64,000 nucleotides of DNA, from contig NZ_CP134949.1 of assembly GCF_032116555.1 (NCBI RefSeq), positions 744,001 to 808,000 of the forward strand, in the 5' to 3' direction. The notes beneath the pieces were generated by a model. That model did no database searches, had not been told where the DNA came from, and saw nothing but the letters and a program-made list of their open reading frames with translations. Position 1 is the stretch's first letter. Each line of letters begins with the position of its first letter. This DNA is from Halorarum halobium (GTDB lineage: Archaea; Halobacteriota; Halobacteria; Halobacteriales; Haloferacaceae). Positions 1-9,365 of this stretch are shown piece after piece. The position numbers and the translations under genes are program-made.

Positions 1-770
1 TTCAGTTCTTCGTTGAAGTCGGTGACGCTCCGGTCTTTTGCGCCTGTGATGCAGTACGCGAGGAAGTTGAGTAGGTCTCGGACGGTTACGTGGGCATCGA
101 GCTTGCCGACGGACTGTAGGAGACGGACGATGTTGTCCCTGACCCGGTCGTTTCGGATCTTGTCCATGTTGTAGGAGATGTGTCCGTCAATGTCGTCGCC
201 GTTGGGCTCTTTCAGGAACTTGGATGAGGTCAGGTTCTCGATAGCCTGGACGATGACTTTCCGGGTGAGGATGTTCCGGTTGTTGAGGTCAATGACGGTG
301 ATGGAGTCAAAGTCTGCTTCGTCTGCTTGGCTATCGTCGTAGATAATCTGGTTCTGGAACTGGTCCCTGACTTCTTCGAGGAAGTCGTACTGGTCCGAGT
401 GCCGGGTCGTCATCTCGTACAAGGGACCGTCGTTGATAGCGAGCACTCCGGGCCGGCCCGCGTCAAGCGCGTCTTGCCACTTGTCGAGAAGGATGGTGTA
501 GTCGTCGTATTCAGAGGCGTCGGAGAGGTAGAAGTAGTCTGGTTCGGGATAGTCCGGTTCCATCTGAAGGATGTACTGGGTTTTCCCGTCCCCTGGGTTT
601 CCGGTGAGTACGACCTGCTTGCCGTCGTCCAGGGCGTCTTCCAGGTATCCGTCGAGGCGTGTGGTGATGTGTATCTCGCGGCGTTGTTCTTCAGTCAGCT
701 TCTCTGCGAATCCTCCCTGAGCGAGTTGGGAGAGGAATCGCAGATCAAGTGTCGATGCTTCGATACCCAT
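1..770 (-). CDS. P-loop ATPase, DptF/DndF-like; runs off left edge; absent from ORF track
   Basis: Manual translation from ATG at 770: MGIEASTLDLRFL...QVVLTGNPGDGKT (Walker A)...GVLAINDG...TVRDLLNFLAYCITG; open to the window edge. Confidence 0.7.
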   Translation of the reverse strand, partial: MGIEASTLDLRFLSQLAQGGFAEKLTEEQRREIHITTRLDGYLEDALDDGKQVVLTGNPGDGKTQYILQMEPDYPEPDYFYLSDASEYDDYTILLDKWQDALDAGRPGVLAINDGPLYEMTTRHSDQYDFLEEVRDQFQNQIIYDDSQADEADFDSITVIDLNNRNILTRKVIVQAIENLTSSKFLKEPNGDDIDGHISYNMDKIRNDRVRDNIVRLLQSVGKLDAHVTVRDLLNFLAYCITGAKDRSVTDFNEEL

Positions 771-808
771 ATTTATCTTGGATGTGGTGACCGAGTATTT
801 CCGACCTG

Positions 809-2923
809 TTAACTGTTGCTTATAATGAACTCCCCAAGGCTGGTCTGACGCTTGTCGAAGTCGATTTCACTGCTTAACTTGAAGTCCTGTTTGTCAAATT
901 CATGGATGTTTTCGAGGATGTCTGTTTTCTGGGCTCGCATACTGGCCCACCGGTCGATCCAGTGCTGGTAGATTGATTGCTGCTCCTGTTCCGGATCTTC
1001 GAACGGCCAGTAGTACTCGGGGTCGTCGTCTATTCCCAATAGGTAGTCCTGGGCGTTTTCGGCGAGATCGATGCCGTAGACGATACGCCGTGATTCGTGC
1101 TTGAGCAGGTCGGTTTCCAGTCCGCAGTTCTTCAATCCTCGCCGGATCTTGCGGATGCGGGGGGAGACGCCTTCTCCAAATCTACCTCGGACGACTTTCC
1201 GACCTTCCTCAAATTGGGTGACTTGACTTAGTCGCTTCCTGGTCTTCGGCCCAAATTGGATTGAGCCGTATCCCTCAGTGTATCCGATCTGGTCGTACTC
1301 GATCCGGCCTCTCTCGGTCGGGACTCTCACCCGGTCATACTGGGCGCTTCCAATCTCGAATAGTCCGGTTGTGTCGAGGAAGACCAGCTCATTCGGCTTC
1401 GTCAACGCTTCTCCTTTCATCGAGCTGGCGATCTCGCTCTGGTTATCGCCGTATTTGTCCTGGTACATGTTGATGACCTTTGGACCGGTCAAGGCCATCG
1501 CCACGAGTTTGCCACCCAGGATACGATTGTAGGGCGGGATAGCACCGCAGACCATGATGTTCATCATACCGGCCCCGACGCGCTCCTTCTTGAGCTCTTT
1601 CAGAGCGGTTTTGATAGCCCGGCGTCCGGACTCGTTGTTCAATCCGGTGTGGATGAACTCCTCGTCGTCCTGGTCGCTGTGTTCTTGGAAGTACTTCCTG
1701 TCTCGCAGGAGTTTCTGAAGTGCGCGTGCCCGCTTCTTCCTGAACAGGGCTGTCTCGCTGCGGTCCTCCCAGGAGTCCATCTTCTCCGGGTTTTCGTCTT
1801 CCCCGTCTTCGATGGTCTGCTCGGCTTGCTGCTCGATTTCTTCCAGGATTTCGATAACCTGTTCATCAGGGTTAACGAAGCTTTCGTCGGACAGTTCCGG
1901 ATGCTCCTCGACGAAGTCGTCGTACCGGATGTTGGCGATCGCGTTCCTGATGGAGTCCACTAGAGCTTCACGTATATCGGAGCAGAACTGGCTGACCCGT
2001 TCCTCGTACTCTTCCTCTGTTTCCAGCCACTCAGTCTGCGTGACGGTCCGGGTTTTCTTGTCTGGAGTCCGCTTCTCCTCCGGCAGTTGTTCTTCGTACT
2101 CGTGGACCCGCTTCTTCCGCTGAAGCTGTTCCTCAACAGCTTCAATCCTCCACCCGATATAGTTATCCCTAACTGACAAATTCATCATCGGGCTTGCCAG
2201 TGAGGCGATCCCCATGATGGGGTCATTCCGCTTGGCTCCGTTTCGGATGAGGAAGTTGATATTCCGGCCAGGAACGGTGTTATACGGCGTTAGCCAGGTG
2301 TATCGGAAGTACCGCCAGATATCCATCAGGTCTAACCCCGTGTGTGGGCACTTTTCTCCTTTCACTACTTCCTGGATGTAGGGTTGGACGACGTCGCCCA
2401 GATCTTCCGCGATTTCTTCTTGGCTCTGGTCTTGGAGCGGCGCTAAGTCCTGGTATAGTTCTGGGCCGTCGGTAATGAGGTCCAGGATACTGCCTCCGTT
2501 ACCGCTGTGCGTGTTGTCCCGCTCCATTTTCCGGACGAACTCGCGGACGCTTTCTTCCTTGAACTGCGCCCGGCGTTCTTTCTGGAGGATGGTTCTTTCC
2601 TGTTCCTTGAACGCCTCTGGGTCGTCCTTGTAACGGTCAGGGTCGGGTCTGACTACGTGGAGTTCCGAGTTTTTCCGGATGTCGTAGTCTATCTCGATGA
2701 GGTCGAGGAGAACTTCTAATGCCGCAAGGTATCGGATGCGTCCTTCTGAGACTTCTTCGTTCAGTGCCTGTTCTACTGATCGGATTTCGTCCCTGATTGC
2801 TACTTCTCTATCCAGTTCCTCCTGAAATTCGATAAGTTCGTCTGTTAGAGCGTCGAACCTGCGTTGATACTCTTCAGGTAGAGTGGGCGAAAAATCTACT
2901 TCTCGGTCAAAGGTCTCACCCAT
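809..2923 (-). CDS. DUF4338 / Druantia DruA-like protein
   Basis: 704 aa with PGRNINFLI, VCGAIPPYNRILGGKLVAM, TTGLF..SAQYDR and IGYTEGYGS motifs typical of DUF4338. Confidence 0.85.
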   Translation of the reverse strand: MGETFDREVDFSPTLPEEYQRRFDALTDELIEFQEELDREVAIRDEIRSVEQALNEEVSEGRIRYLAALEVLLDLIEIDYDIRKNSELHVVRPDPDRYKDDPEAFKEQERTILQKERRAQFKEESVREFVRKMERDNTHSGNGGSILDLITDGPELYQDLAPLQDQSQEEIAEDLGDVVQPYIQEVVKGEKCPHTGLDLMDIWRYFRYTWLTPYNTVPGRNINFLIRNGAKRNDPIMGIASLASPMMNLSVRDNYIGWRIEAVEEQLQRKKRVHEYEEQLPEEKRTPDKKTRTVTQTEWLETEEEYEERVSQFCSDIREALVDSIRNAIANIRYDDFVEEHPELSDESFVNPDEQVIEILEEIEQQAEQTIEDGEDENPEKMDSWEDRSETALFRKKRARALQKLLRDRKYFQEHSDQDDEEFIHTGLNNESGRRAIKTALKELKKERVGAGMMNIMVCGAIPPYNRILGGKLVAMALTGPKVINMYQDKYGDNQSEIASSMKGEALTKPNELVFLDTTGLFEIGSAQYDRVRVPTERGRIEYDQIGYTEGYGSIQFGPKTRKRLSQVTQFEEGRKVVRGRFGEGVSPRIRKIRRGLKNCGLETDLLKHESRRIVYGIDLAENAQDYLLGIDDDPEYYWPFEDPEQEQQSIYQHWIDRWASMRAQKTDILENIHEFDKQDFKLSSEIDFDKRQTSLGEFIISNS

Positions 2924-3047
2924 AGTTATCTGGTTGATGTGAGAAATCCTTCTCTGCTGAAATCCAAAAGAGTACCGAATCGGTTACCTCAGGTCCGGTA
3001 ACGTTCCTGACCATTATCGCCTGACGGGGAAGCGACGCTTAGGTTGC

Positions 3048-3482
3048 TTATTCTCCCTTGTTGAGTCCGTGGAAGCCTTTAGAGATGAGGAGGTTTAGGG
3101 CGGATCCGACTGTGATGACGTAAGAGAGTCCCTCGACGACTCTTCCGAGTCCTGTAGTTGGCGGGTAGAATTGGTAGTATAGCCAGAAGAGGAGGAACGG
3201 GATACCCATCGAGATCGCGGTATAGATACTTTGTTTGAGGTATTTGAGTTCTCTTAGGTCGACTTGCCGGTAGATCGGTACGAGTCCGATTAGTAGCGTC
3301 CAGTAAGCGGAGACCGGAATGAGATTTCCCAGGATCCATTGGTTGACGTAGGAGAACCCGTTTAACAGTCCTTGGACGAGGTATGTGAGTAGGAAGAGTA
3401 GTGTCCCGACTCCGATTGCGCCGAGTTGAATCTTCTGGGTAAGTGATATATTCAGAAGTCCTCTGTCCTCGTCGTCCGCCAT
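3048..3482 (-). CDS. hypothetical membrane protein (~4 TM)
   Basis: 144 aa, four hydrophobic segments; TTTATAAA box upstream at ~3506. Confidence 0.75.
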   Translation of the reverse strand: MADDEDRGLLNISLTQKIQLGAIGVGTLLFLLTYLVQGLLNGFSYVNQWILGNLIPVSAYWTLLIGLVPIYRQVDLRELKYLKQSIYTAISMGIPFLLFWLYYQFYPPTTGLGRVVEGLSYVITVGSALNLLISKGFHGLNKGE

Positions 3483-3545
3483 AGGGCTGTATGTGTACCG
3501 ATGATTTATAAATAATCAATCATATTTCAGTGTTAGGCGTCTACC

Positions 3546-3770
3546 GTGGAAACCCGCGATGATTCTGGCGAGCTTAAGTCCCTGAGTAATTCCGTGGATC
3601 AAGGACTGAAAGAGGACTTCGACAGGGCAGCAGCCGGCAGCGATTACTCGAAGAAGACACTGATGTCGGCCTTTGTAGATAGCTGCCTCACAGAGGATGA
3701 TCGGGGCCGGGTAGTCGTTGACGAAAATCTGGAGGACGAACTCGAGGAGTGGAGTGATCGTTATTCGTAA
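3546..3770 (+). CDS. small protein, possible ribbon-helix-helix regulator
   Basis: 74 aa with strand-helix-helix pattern (SNSVDQGLKEDFDRAA..SKKTLMSAFV); first gene of an operon. Confidence 0.5.
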   Translation: METRDDSGELKSLSNSVDQGLKEDFDRAAAGSDYSKKTLMSAFVDSCLTEDDRGRVVVDENLEDELEEWSDRYS

Positions 3771-4992
3771 AGCACTGGTCCCGGCACTGGCGCTGGTCTT
3801 GTTCTCGACTCTGTCAGCGGCTCAAGTACCTCAGATTAACGTGGTGCCGGACGAGGTCGACCGGAACGTCTCCGCCTACAACCAGCACGAGTTCGAGTTC
3901 TCGTTCACGAACCAGGACTCCAGCAGGAAGATCTACAACGTGACTCTGGAGAACACGTCTTACCTGACGTGGGAACAGAATAAATTCAATCTGAATGCGT
4001 CTCAGACCCGGACGGTGAATGCCTTATTCTATATTGAGAACATCACCACGATAAACGATACTCTGGAGTCGAGCTACAAGTACAGCGGCTCTGATAACGA
4101 CTTCTCCGGGCCGAACATTTCGATAGAGGTGTCCACCTTCTACAGGAATACGTCGATCAGCGTGGAGCCATTCGAGACGAGTTTCGAACTCCCGTTCGGC
4201 GAGAGCGACTCTTCCGTCTTCCGCGTCGAGAACACCGGCACTAAGACGGCGTTCAACGTAACGGTGGAAGGCGAGGACGTCGAGTTCTCCAGGAATAGTT
4301 TCGATGTTGCGCCGGGAGAGGATGTCCTAGTTCAGTACAACGTCAGTATCCCGAAACCGGACAGTAATGCTACAGCCGCCACGAACCAGACCTACAGTCG
4401 GACGGTCCAGGTTTCCGGTGAAAACTTCAACCAGACCGAGTTCACCGCTTCTGTTTTCGTCCCGTTCAAGCAGTACGACACGGAAGAAGCAGAGGAAGAA
4501 GCCATAGATACCTTAGTCCAGTTCTGCAGCGATAATCCAGAAGCTACAATCTGTAGTGGAGAGCAGATCGTGAAATGGCGGAACAACACGAAGTACGTCA
4601 ATAACACGTCTATCTATCGGGCGAACTTCACCGAGGAGCAGCTGACGGCGTTGCAGGTTTTAGCTAATACCAGGGCCGAGGATTACCAGGATATTCTCCA
4701 GAGGGTCCGGCTTCAGCAGAACACGTTTAGAAGCGAGCTACAGAAGACGCGGAGCAACTTCTCTGAGAACCTGGGAGAGGTCGAAAACGAGACGCAGCAG
4801 AACACTCGGATGATCCGGTCTCTGAACGAGACTATCAACGAGTACGGTGAGAGGCAATTGCAGGAGGCCCGAAACCGGACGTTCTACGTGCAGCTTGGAG
4901 TCGGGATTATCGTGTTCTACCTTGTAGGTAGAGGCTGCTGGTGGATCTACGTAAATCGGAATGAACTGACTCAGGACGAGGGGTGGAGTTAG
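3754..4992 (+). CDS. surface glycoprotein: signal peptide, Ig-like domains, coiled-coil stalk, C-terminal TM
   Basis: RKALVPALALVLFSTLSAA signal; many NxS/T sequons; FRVENTG..AFNVTV Ig-type motif; C-terminal TM. Start GTG 3754 or ATT 3763. Confidence 0.8.
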   Translation: MIVIRKALVPALALVLFSTLSAAQVPQINVVPDEVDRNVSAYNQHEFEFSFTNQDSSRKIYNVTLENTSYLTWEQNKFNLNASQTRTVNALFYIENITTINDTLESSYKYSGSDNDFSGPNISIEVSTFYRNTSISVEPFETSFELPFGESDSSVFRVENTGTKTAFNVTVEGEDVEFSRNSFDVAPGEDVLVQYNVSIPKPDSNATAATNQTYSRTVQVSGENFNQTEFTASVFVPFKQYDTEEAEEEAIDTLVQFCSDNPEATICSGEQIVKWRNNTKYVNNTSIYRANFTEEQLTALQVLANTRAEDYQDILQRVRLQQNTFRSELQKTRSNFSENLGEVENETQQNTRMIRSLNETINEYGERQLQEARNRTFYVQLGVGIIVFYLVGRGCWWIYVNRNELTQDEGWS

Positions 4993-5684
4993 TGGTTGAA
5001 TGGAACAAGAGTCAGAAGATTGCAGCAGGTGTCCTCGGTGAAATCGTGTTCTGGGGCCTGGTTCTGGGTTTGTCGTACTGGCTGGGTTTCCCTGGAGGAG
5101 GATTGTTTGTGGCCGCTCTCTTCGCGTTGAACGTTATCGTAGTTCTGGGAGGATATTTTGTCTCCCGTGAAAATGTCCGGTTCGCTGGTTATCAGACTAA
5201 GACAGAGGAGCAATTGTCTGGGAAAGAGGCGTTTGAGCTGGCGGAGTACTTGTTGGCTTATGGCGATAGGTACGGGTACCGTATTGACCGGACTGTTGAC
5301 CGGGGAATCGACCCTGCTGTAGCGCCGTCGGATGATAAGGAGGACTCGGTGCGGCTGTTCAAACTGGAGTTCGAGCCGTTAAATCTGCAGGGCAGGGCCA
5401 CGCTGTATATTGATTTAGAGCAGGAGCTCTCGGTCGATCTTGACGACACGCGCACTTTACAGAATGCTATGAGCAAAATCCAGAACTCACGGATTCAGAA
5501 GTCCTGGTTGTCTGTCGACTACGAGGAGCGAGTAGCTGATACGAAGGAGTCTCTGGGGCGTTCGGTTGACCCGACGATTACGAAGATTGTCGAGACTGAC
5601 GAAGGCCGGGAGATCCGTGAGAGACCGGTTATCACTCAAAACCCGGATACTGATGAATCGGATTCCAAGGAGACAGAGTCTTAG
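4992..5684 (+). CDS. hypothetical protein with two N-terminal TM helices
   Basis: GTG overlaps upstream TAG; two hydrophobic helices then a soluble domain. Confidence 0.75.
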   Translation: MVEWNKSQKIAAGVLGEIVFWGLVLGLSYWLGFPGGGLFVAALFALNVIVVLGGYFVSRENVRFAGYQTKTEEQLSGKEAFELAEYLLAYGDRYGYRIDRTVDRGIDPAVAPSDDKEDSVRLFKLEFEPLNLQGRATLYIDLEQELSVDLDDTRTLQNAMSKIQNSRIQKSWLSVDYEERVADTKESLGRSVDPTITKIVETDEGREIRERPVITQNPDTDESDSKETES

Positions 5685-5702
5685 GCAGGTGAAAATTGTA
5701 CT

Positions 5703-6242
5703 ATGAGCTTATTTGGCGGAAAATATCAGAATGACCCGTTGGTCATTAACATGAGTCAAAAACTGAAGTTCCACAAGAATCATCACGCCGGGATATTCCG
5801 GAACTCGCACGAGATCGGTGATGAGGTTGCCCGTAGAGTTGTTGAGTGGCAGCCGAAGGACGCTGTTGATAGCGAGGAGTCTGAAAGGCTTTGCCGGTCA
5901 AGTGTCCGGAAGGATCGTGTCGTCGAGTTTGCGCCTGGGGTGATTGCTCCGAGAGGTGTGATCTGGTTGATGCCGGATAAGGCGGATCAGCTTCCGGAGC
6001 AGGTGAAGAGCCATCCTCAGGTAGGGCCGTTCTTCAACGGCTGGTACCGGCACAAGGAGGTTATCCGGGGCTTGGAGTACAAGGCCAGGACTGAGTCCGA
6101 GGTCATGGACAAACTGAAGTTTGCTACCACGCCCTCGGAGCTTGATGACCGTGTTGCCCGTGTTATGAACCGCTACGTAGATAATCTACAGGAACAGGCA
6201 AAAGCCATGAACTCCAGCAACGGCAGCGGCAACGAGAGCTGA
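5703..6242 (+). CDS. hypothetical protein
   Basis: 179 aa, AGGTGA SD upstream, operonic. Confidence 0.75.
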   Translation: MSLFGGKYQNDPLVINMSQKLKFHKNHHAGIFRNSHEIGDEVARRVVEWQPKDAVDSEESERLCRSSVRKDRVVEFAPGVIAPRGVIWLMPDKADQLPEQVKSHPQVGPFFNGWYRHKEVIRGLEYKARTESEVMDKLKFATTPSELDDRVARVMNRYVDNLQEQAKAMNSSNGSGNES

Positions 6243-6255
6243 GGACTGATTTTAA

Positions 6256-6825
6256 ATGGAGGAAGAAGACGAGGTTAGGGAAGCTACGACTTCTGAGAAA
6301 CGCCATATGATTATCGGGGTCGCTTTCGGGTTAACTATTGGACTTTTCCTATTTTTGGTCTCACTAGGTGCTGATGCAGGCTCTCAGACCCAGGTCTCCT
6401 TTGACCAGTTGAATCTGAGTTACAGAGAAATCGGTATGAAGACAGCGAGCGGGGACAGGTTGAGGTGCACTGTTTCCCGCCTCAACGAGGTGCAGATCTC
6501 AGAGAACAGCTACGTCTACAGGAACAGTACATGCACCTCCTGGGTCACTGTGAACGGTAGTGCAGTAACGGCTCCAGTGAAGGGAGTGGTCCTATTCGAT
6601 GCTGAGGAGCTTCGTATCGGCTTTGACTTCGAAGAAGAGTACGTGGTCTGCGACGTTTCTGCAGAAAGGCAAGAGAAGACTGGCAAAGGCAGTTACGTCT
6701 ACAACGGTGCTGACTGCACCGGGTTTTCAGGTAGTCTATACAGCAAGTGGGACGACCCTGGGTTCGAGGACTTCAACGTCCATGAACGCGGGCAGGAACT
6801 CTTGCAGAATCAGACAGGGAGTTAG
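6256..6825 (+). CDS. membrane-anchored protein with duplicated Cys-bounded domain
   Basis: One TM; repeats C(T/D)VS...SYVY...CT twice. Confidence 0.75.
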   Translation: MEEEDEVREATTSEKRHMIIGVAFGLTIGLFLFLVSLGADAGSQTQVSFDQLNLSYREIGMKTASGDRLRCTVSRLNEVQISENSYVYRNSTCTSWVTVNGSAVTAPVKGVVLFDAEELRIGFDFEEEYVVCDVSAERQEKTGKGSYVYNGADCTGFSGSLYSKWDDPGFEDFNVHERGQELLQNQTGS

Positions 6826-7328
6826 GGACCGATCTGGTCTTCGGGCGGTAGTTCGACATCGACTTCACCGGTATCGATATCGTCTCTGAGCTGCCGCCAG
6901 TCCTCCTCGGACATCTTCACAGCTACTTGATCGTCGACCTCGCCGAGTTTCTCCACGTTGTACTCGGTGGAGTTATCGATGAGCGTGAAATCGATGTCGG
7001 AGAAAATCTTGATCCGGGAGTTACCTTCCATCGTAAGGCCGATCGTCAGGCCAGGAATGTCCTTGACGAACTTGAGGAACTGGATGACTCCTTCCGGGTT
7101 GGAGATGACCAGGATGGCGATGCTGGTCCACCAGATATCGGATTGCCTGGTGTAGCCGCGGATCTCTTTATCGATGACGTTGCCGTCTTCGTCCACCTGC
7201 TTGGAGTAGCGTGTTGTAACGTCGTCACCAGTCTCCTCGAGGAATTGCTTCACCAGATCTCTGGCCTCCTCTTTGCTGCCTTCGTACTCGCCGTCGATGG
7301 TAACGGCTTCAAGGCGTATCTCTTCCAT
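6822..7328 (-). CDS. hypothetical acidic protein
   Basis: Halophile-like composition; ATG at 7328. Confidence 0.65.
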   Translation of the reverse strand: MEEIRLEAVTIDGEYEGSKEEARDLVKQFLEETGDDVTTRYSKQVDEDGNVIDKEIRGYTRQSDIWWTSIAILVISNPEGVIQFLKFVKDIPGLTIGLTMEGNSRIKIFSDIDFTLIDNSTEYNVEKLGEVDDQVAVKMSEEDWRQLRDDIDTGEVDVELPPEDQIGP

Positions 7329-7406
7329 GTATGAGAGATTAGTTGCTGCTGACAAAGTGTTTGGTCCGGTATTTCTTTCCTGTTGGACGGGTTAGGCTCC
7401 AGTAAT

Positions 7407-7823
7407 ATGAGTGAGGTGGAGCTTCCGCCAGAGAGGGTGGAGCAGAAGTTCGAGAAGTGGGGGGAGACGTACGCTGTCGACAAGCTTGAGGAGTTGCCGG
7501 AGAACAAGCTGAGGTCGCAGAAGCACTTGTTTGAGGCCGAGGTCAAGGAGTTCAAAGCAGAGTACAACCCTGGGCGGTTGGTGACACCGGAGATGGCGCA
7601 GATCGCGGGGAAGGAGCCATTAACTCAGAACCAGTTTCGCCAGGTCCGCCGCTTGATCGATGACGAGGCGGATAAGGTCAGGATGAATTTTGAGCGGGCT
7701 ATCGGTCGTCGGAGAGAGAAGGAGACGGAGCGTCGGAATAGTTTCTTCGTTGACTTGGCTGGCCGGGTGTCGGATTCCTTGACGAATATCTCGGTGTCTT
7801 TCGAATTGCCGAAGCTTCGATAA
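7407..7823 (+). CDS. hypothetical helical protein
   Basis: 138 aa from ATG 7407. Confidence 0.65.
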   Translation: MSEVELPPERVEQKFEKWGETYAVDKLEELPENKLRSQKHLFEAEVKEFKAEYNPGRLVTPEMAQIAGKEPLTQNQFRQVRRLIDDEADKVRMNFERAIGRRREKETERRNSFFVDLAGRVSDSLTNISVSFELPKLR

Positions 7824-7866
7824 CCACTCTTCGGATTAGTTTTTTAACTGGTTTTGAGTAATTCGT

Positions 7867-8042
7867 GGGTAGAAGGTGTTGGCCGTCTTCCGCCGGGGGA
7901 AATTCAGCGTACCAGGCCTTGTTCCATGGGCTTGTGAGCGTCAGACCGGCAAAGGTTCCGACACGATCACCGTCTAACGGGCGGGATGCGTGGTAGACAC
8001 TTATCAGCCTACCGGGGAAGCGACGGCCAACCAGATTCACCC
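7867..8042 (+). ncRNA. candidate structured ncRNA of unknown family
   Basis: GTTGGCCGTC (7878-7887) pairs perfectly with GACGGCCAAC (8022-8031), stem extends both ways; internal hairpins with G-U pairs on the + strand; TTTTAA box at ~7842. Confidence 0.5.
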
Positions 8043-8087
8043 TCCACTCCCCATATTCTTAAAAACGACTTTGAGAAGTTACTACCT

Positions 8088-8324
8088 ATGCAACTCGGAG
8101 CTCTCTCCTACTTTTCCACGAACCTGTTCTGGTTCGCAACGTCTCTTTCCTTGCTCGGTACTTTCTATGTCGGGTACAAGTTCACAGGATCCAGCGGAGG
8201 GACAATCGGCCAGAATATCAACTTCTCTAATAACGAGAATAGGTTGAAGCTGCTTTCGGCGTTCCTGGTACTGGAGGTCGCCCTGAATCTGGCGTTCATC
8301 TTCGGTTCTTCTCTTCTTCTGTAG
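8088..8324 (+). CDS. small 2-TM protein
   Basis: 78 aa from ATG 8088, about 30 nt after CTTAAAAA; two hydrophobic helices. Confidence 0.65.
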   Translation: MQLGALSYFSTNLFWFATSLSLLGTFYVGYKFTGSSGGTIGQNINFSNNENRLKLLSAFLVLEVALNLAFIFGSSLLL

Positions 8325-8346
8325 TGCAGTGGCATAGTTGTGGAAT

Positions 8347-8395
8347 ACCTTTATAATTGTCATTCTCCCTAACTGTTGTAGAGGTTTGATAGTAT
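8347..8395 (+). promoter_or_regulatory. TATA promoter with downstream GTTTGATAGTAT motif (copy 1)
   Basis: ACCTTTATAA-N4-CATTCT...GTTTGATAGTAT; same layout at 28535-28584. Confidence 0.6.
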
Positions 8396-8483
8396 GGACG
8401 ATGTAGATTTCCAGATCGGACTTAACATGGCCGAGAAAGGGCCAAAACCTGCGGAAGACACTGACAACGGTGAAAACCGGTAG
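8394..8483 (+). CDS. putative 29-aa microprotein
   Basis: MDDVDFQIGLNMAEKGPKPAEDTDNGENR; TAG overlaps next GTG. Confidence 0.45.
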   Translation: MDDVDFQIGLNMAEKGPKPAEDTDNGENR

Positions 8484-8977
8484 TGCCGATTGAGCCGAAA
8501 GGAGACCAGTCAAAGGTCAAGGTTGCAGCGGTAGACGTGAAGGATCTCCGGGTCGAGAACCGTGGAGGTTCCGAAATCGTAGTTCTCGAAGCAGCCGATG
8601 GAGCAGAGTACTCCAACTTCAAAAACAAACTGGAGGCCGAGTTTGAGAACAGAGACAAATACCTCGGCAGCTACTGGCTGATCCAGTTCACGACGCGGGA
8701 GAAAGGAGGTAAGACCTATAAGAACTTGATAGGATTTGAAGAAGAGCTTGACGCGGTCCACGGGCATGATACCAGTAGGGACTCTGATCGAGACGACAGT
8801 ATAATTCGACAGAGTGCAGCTCATGACGCTTCCCGATTAGTCGAGGGAATGCTCGCCGGCGGCTACTTCATGAAGACGAGAGGTGGTCGAGAAGATATAG
8901 AAGACGAGATCCAGGAAGAGCTTGAGAAATGGACGGAGCGGTTCAAGACTCATCATCGTACAGGTGAGTGGGGATGA
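8483..8977 (+). CDS. hypothetical protein, possible OB-fold ssDNA-binding protein of virus type
   Basis: Beta-rich N-half ending EKGGKTYKNL, then SIIRQSAA helix; fold call is inference. Confidence 0.45.
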   Translation: MPIEPKGDQSKVKVAAVDVKDLRVENRGGSEIVVLEAADGAEYSNFKNKLEAEFENRDKYLGSYWLIQFTTREKGGKTYKNLIGFEEELDAVHGHDTSRDSDRDDSIIRQSAAHDASRLVEGMLAGGYFMKTRGGREDIEDEIQEELEKWTERFKTHHRTGEWG

Positions 8978-9267
8978 GCGACGACGTCGACGTAGCGGAG
9001 TTTCTGGTTAACCAGAAGCCGTGCCGTCTCCTGATAGAGGTGAACCGTACCGAGGAGCCGTTTGGTCGCCAAGTTGCATCGGAGATCGACTCTACGTACT
9101 CTCACACCATCAGGGTCTGCGAGAAACTGGAGGACCACGGTCTATTGACTCGTGAGAAAGATGGCCGCAAGATGATTATGTCCTTGACCGAGGACGGGAA
9201 GCAAGTCGCGGAAGCACTGGAAAATCTGTACGGTACGTTCCGTGCAGCAGGTGAGAATCCGGAGTGA
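8974..9267 (+). CDS. winged-helix (MarR-like) transcription regulator
   Basis: VASEIDSTYSHTIRVCEKLEDHGLLTREKDGRKMIMSLTEDGK. Confidence 0.88.
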   Translation: MSDDVDVAEFLVNQKPCRLLIEVNRTEEPFGRQVASEIDSTYSHTIRVCEKLEDHGLLTREKDGRKMIMSLTEDGKQVAEALENLYGTFRAAGENPE

Positions 9268-9365
9268 GTATCGACAACGCAGCTTACGGCTTCGGATACA
9301 CCTTCGGTCGATTCTATTTTGAAACACGGTACTACGCGAACAAGATTCAGAGGTTTCTACCATGA
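9264..9365 (+). CDS. putative 33-aa microprotein
   Basis: MSIDNAAYGFGYTFGRFYFETRYYANKIQRFLP; 4-nt overlaps (GTGA, ATGA) with both neighbours. Confidence 0.6.
   Translation: MSIDNAAYGFGYTFGRFYFETRYYANKIQRFLP

Noticed and set aside
8088..8324. VirB2/TedC-like pilin call for small 2-TM proteins
   Set aside because: Only hydrophobicity supports it; no diagnostic motif, so structure prediction would be needed.
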